In this document: one piece after another, positions 26,868 to 29,404 of the stretch
Layout of the letters: each line of letters begins with the position of its first letter
Position numbering within the stretch: the stretch's first letter is position 1
The notes under the pieces: generated by a model
Database searches by the model: none
Told to the model about the DNA's origin: nothing
What the model saw: only the letters and a program-made list of their open reading frames with translations
Source of the DNA: an uncultured virus (IMG/VR IMGVR_UViG_3300033463_000060)
Taxonomy: Duplodnaviria; Heunggongvirae; Uroviricota; Caudoviricetes
Virus record (IMG/VR): IMGVR_UViG_3300033463_000060
DNA length: 29,404 nt
Strand: one strand, 5' to 3'
Translations under genes and position numbers: made by a program

Positions 26868-29129
26868 ATGGCAGACAACAATGTAACAATCGAAGAGGTT
26901 TATCTGAAAAACCGAAGCAACAACAATCCGCAAGCGCCTCGCACGTTTGCCAAACTGGTGGTAGATAGCGCTAAGAGCCGCACGCTCGACCAGTCGTTAG
27001 CCAAGCTCGTTGAGAGCCCGTCGCTGGGCTTCCCTGAGTTCAGTACCGTTGTAAACTACAGCGAGGGCGACCCTTGCTTCTATGACCGCCGACTGTGGAA
27101 GGCGAAGGAGGGTGGCCACACGGCTGGCGCATGGAACGCGGCGCACTTCGAGGAGTTCTCCGTCAAGGACTACGTGGATGCGATTGCCACGGTGATTGAT
27201 GCACAGCTGGCGGAGATATTCGAGAACTTCGCTCGCAACAACGGGCTGTACGTGGATTTCACAGCTGGCAACGCCCTGAACATCCTGTCGGAGGATGTGG
27301 TGACGGAGCAAACCACTTTGGGTGTTACTGCCCCGGACTCGGAGATTGGCAACGGGTCGGCGAGGATGCAGACCATCGAGGGTGACGGCATTTCGTGGAG
27401 CCAGTTGTACGACAAGATGGCGGGGGGCTCGAGCGTGGCTTCGGAGCAGGGGCAGCTGGAGTTCCTGTTCGGCAAGGTGGTGGAGAGATTCTCCGACACG
27501 GCTGGTACTACGCCGATGCCGAGCCTGTTCCTGAGGGAGTTCCTGACGGGGGCGGACCTGACGGGCAGGGTGGCCGTGACGGGCGAAGGATTCGTGCCTG
27601 CCGTGACGGAGGAGAACGTGAGCAACTATACGGGTCTTCATTATAAGGTGAGGGCGACGCATGCCGAGGCGGTACAGCGCAGCGGCGACGTGGGCAGCTA
27701 CACGTACTCGTCGGCGTTCTTCGTCGGTGGGGCGAACTTCAGCGCATCGGCCAAGAGGAACGTCATCGACATGGCGCTTGCGTTCGGGATTGATGACCTC
27801 GGCGGCTATCCGACATACGAGCCTTACGACCTCCCCACCTCGGCTCCTTCGACGCTGGCTCAGATGTATGGCTGGCTGGGCCAGAAGGTGGGTCTGCGCG
27901 ACGATTACGACTACAATGGCGGTGAGCTCATCGGCGTGAAGGTGCTCCAGCTGCGGTCTATTCCGGGGGTGAACCTGCTCGACCCGACGAGCGGCGTGGC
28001 GCTTTGCCCGTACTACGAGTGGGAGAATGCCGACGGCCTGTATCGCATCGCGGCCAAGAACGGTGCGGTCATCAGCGGTGTGGCGGCTACGGCTCTGGGC
28101 GGTCAGCCCGTGGCGGTGGTCGAGGTGACGGCTGGAAGCGTTTACGAGGTCAGCGTGCCGGAAGGTGACGCGGTGGTGATGCAGGTGACGCTGTCGAGCG
28201 GTAGCCTGGCGGACTGCGCCTGCTGGCAGGTGTGGGACGACAGCACGCCAAGCGATGAGGTTGGCGGGTACACGCGGAGTGTGCTGAGCCTGGAGGTCGG
28301 CAGGGTGTATGGTAAGCTGAACGGAGAAGGGGAGTATGTGCCCATTGAGAGTGACGGGACGATGAAGGGGGCAAGAAAGGCCGCTTCTATCCTTAACATC
28401 GATGGTGATTCTTATACCAAAAAGGTCAACAACATAAATCTTGGTTCTCCTACTTATACAAGAAGCCAAGGTGGAAATAATCCATATTGGTATGTATTTA
28501 GTTCCAGCAATATTGCAGGCATGAAAGGTTATGGTGTCAATGATATTGGCAACATGTTATGTGGAATATTCACGAGCATGTCTCACAATGCTGTGAAATG
28601 GTTTTCAAACATTGATAAGAGTATAGGAATACCTGGCAGCACTATAACGATTCGTTGTGACGAATACACATCAGCCTCTGCTTTCAAGACAGCAATGTCT
28701 GGTGTAATGCTTTGGTACGAACTCGCCACCCCTCTCACCTATTCCGACTTAATGTACGACACCCGCCCCGACCTCACCGTCGGCGAGCCCGTCCTCGTCC
28801 CCCTCTCCACCTACTTCCCCGGCACATACCAGGTCGGCAACACCGGCGTCACCATGCAGACCGCCAACTGGGACGACCAGACCCAGCGCTTCGCCGCCAC
28901 GCCCCAGAGCGTCAGTGCCCAGACCAGCAGCGTGATGCCCGGAAATTATGTCGAAATGCTCCGAAGCCTCCAGCAGATGTCGATCCTCGACGGCTGGGTC
29001 AGCCCCGACCAGTTCCACGCCCACCAGTCCGCCACGGTGCAGGCCCTGAACGCGATGGCCACAGCGAACCAGCTCAGCGGCCAGTTCACCCTCACCGACC
29101 AGGACGACGTGGCATACTCTAATGAGTAA
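26868..29129 (+). CDS. Putative receptor-binding/tail fibre protein, mosaic
   Basis: 753 aa; carbohydrate-binding-like FSTVVNYSEGD..FYDRRLWKA; YELATP motif; three compositional blocks. Confidence 0.7.
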   Translation: MADNNVTIEEVYLKNRSNNNPQAPRTFAKLVVDSAKSRTLDQSLAKLVESPSLGFPEFSTVVNYSEGDPCFYDRRLWKAKEGGHTAGAWNAAHFEEFSVKDYVDAIATVIDAQLAEIFENFARNNGLYVDFTAGNALNILSEDVVTEQTTLGVTAPDSEIGNGSARMQTIEGDGISWSQLYDKMAGGSSVASEQGQLEFLFGKVVERFSDTAGTTPMPSLFLREFLTGADLTGRVAVTGEGFVPAVTEENVSNYTGLHYKVRATHAEAVQRSGDVGSYTYSSAFFVGGANFSASAKRNVIDMALAFGIDDLGGYPTYEPYDLPTSAPSTLAQMYGWLGQKVGLRDDYDYNGGELIGVKVLQLRSIPGVNLLDPTSGVALCPYYEWENADGLYRIAAKNGAVISGVAATALGGQPVAVVEVTAGSVYEVSVPEGDAVVMQVTLSSGSLADCACWQVWDDSTPSDEVGGYTRSVLSLEVGRVYGKLNGEGEYVPIESDGTMKGARKAASILNIDGDSYTKKVNNINLGSPTYTRSQGGNNPYWYVFSSSNIAGMKGYGVNDIGNMLCGIFTSMSHNAVKWFSNIDKSIGIPGSTITIRCDEYTSASAFKTAMSGVMLWYELATPLTYSDLMYDTRPDLTVGEPVLVPLSTYFPGTYQVGNTGVTMQTANWDDQTQRFAATPQSVSAQTSSVMPGNYVEMLRSLQQMSILDGWVSPDQFHAHQSATVQALNAMATANQLSGQFTLTDQDDVAYSNE

Positions 29130-29137
29130 CGGTTCAT

Positions 29138-29329
29138 GGCTCACGGTTCTTTGCCAGCCGCTCGGCGACGATAGGAGACGCTTGCCTAAGCAAGAAAGCG
29201 AACAAGTTCTTCGACAAGCGAAGCGACAAAGTCGATTACTTCGACAAGCGAAGCGACAAAAGTCGATTACTTCGACGAGCGAAGCGACAAAGTCGATTAC
29301 GAGCGCATGGTTAGCCCAGAGCCGTGAGC
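29138..29329. repeat. Inverted-repeat-bounded element containing 3 x 30-bp tandem hairpins
   Basis: ggctcacggttct (29138-29150) pairs with agagccgtgagcc (29317-29329). Inside, cttcgacaagcgaagcgacaaagtcgatta x3 (29209-29300). Confidence 0.85.
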
Positions 29330-29404
29330 CAATTATCAAGAAAGTCCCGATTAAGCGAGAGCAGAACGAAACGACGGAGCAGCGAGAGCCGAAGGGATGC
29401 TCGC

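Noticed and set aside
26997..28469. 490-aa minus-strand ORF (also 18788-19777, 14111-14884, 5071-5733 and similar)
   Set aside because: Antisense shadows of GC3-rich plus-strand genes; composition is R/H/A-rich and unlike real proteins.
29209..29300. Possible CRISPR array (30-bp palindromic repeats)
   Set aside because: Units are head-to-tail with no unique spacers, and there are no cas genes.
1..29404. Stop-codon reassignment
   Set aside because: Long genes are intact under the standard code, and TAA, TAG and TGA all serve as stops.

Overview
A 29.4-kb segment of a long-tailed (siphovirus-like) temperate phage or prophage of a Bacteroidales host, probably Prevotella-like, judged from TAnnTTTG promoters and AT-rich leaders without Shine-Dalgarno sites. 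All credible genes are on the + strand. The left ~8.4 kb is a replication/accessory region: a phage-encoded DNA pol III beta clamp, four DNA-methyltransferase loci (one intact N4C/N6A, one C5 relic, one small DPPY adenine MTase, and one NPPY MTase split at a G7 tract), an HU-like protein, an SSB-like protein and small hypotheticals. The right ~21 kb is a tail module: holin-like protein, minor tail proteins, a lipoprotein moron, a 1643-aa tape measure protein and several fibre/receptor-binding proteins. The most notable non-coding signals are: (1) a complete C4/CI-like antisense-RNA attenuator (promoter, target 1 with antiterminator/terminator, cloverleaf RNA, target 2) in front of a methyltransferase, with the whole unit bracketed by 31-bp inverted repeats; (2) a phage-specific promoter class ATGTCCG-N20/21-TAnnTTTG found five times; (3) a poly-G switch in a methyltransferase; (4) an 87-bp direct-repeat-flanked gene cassette; and (5) many short-unit tandem repeats and REP-like palindromes that sit on stop codons or in frame inside genes. 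Product calls come from motif recognition only; no database searches were run.
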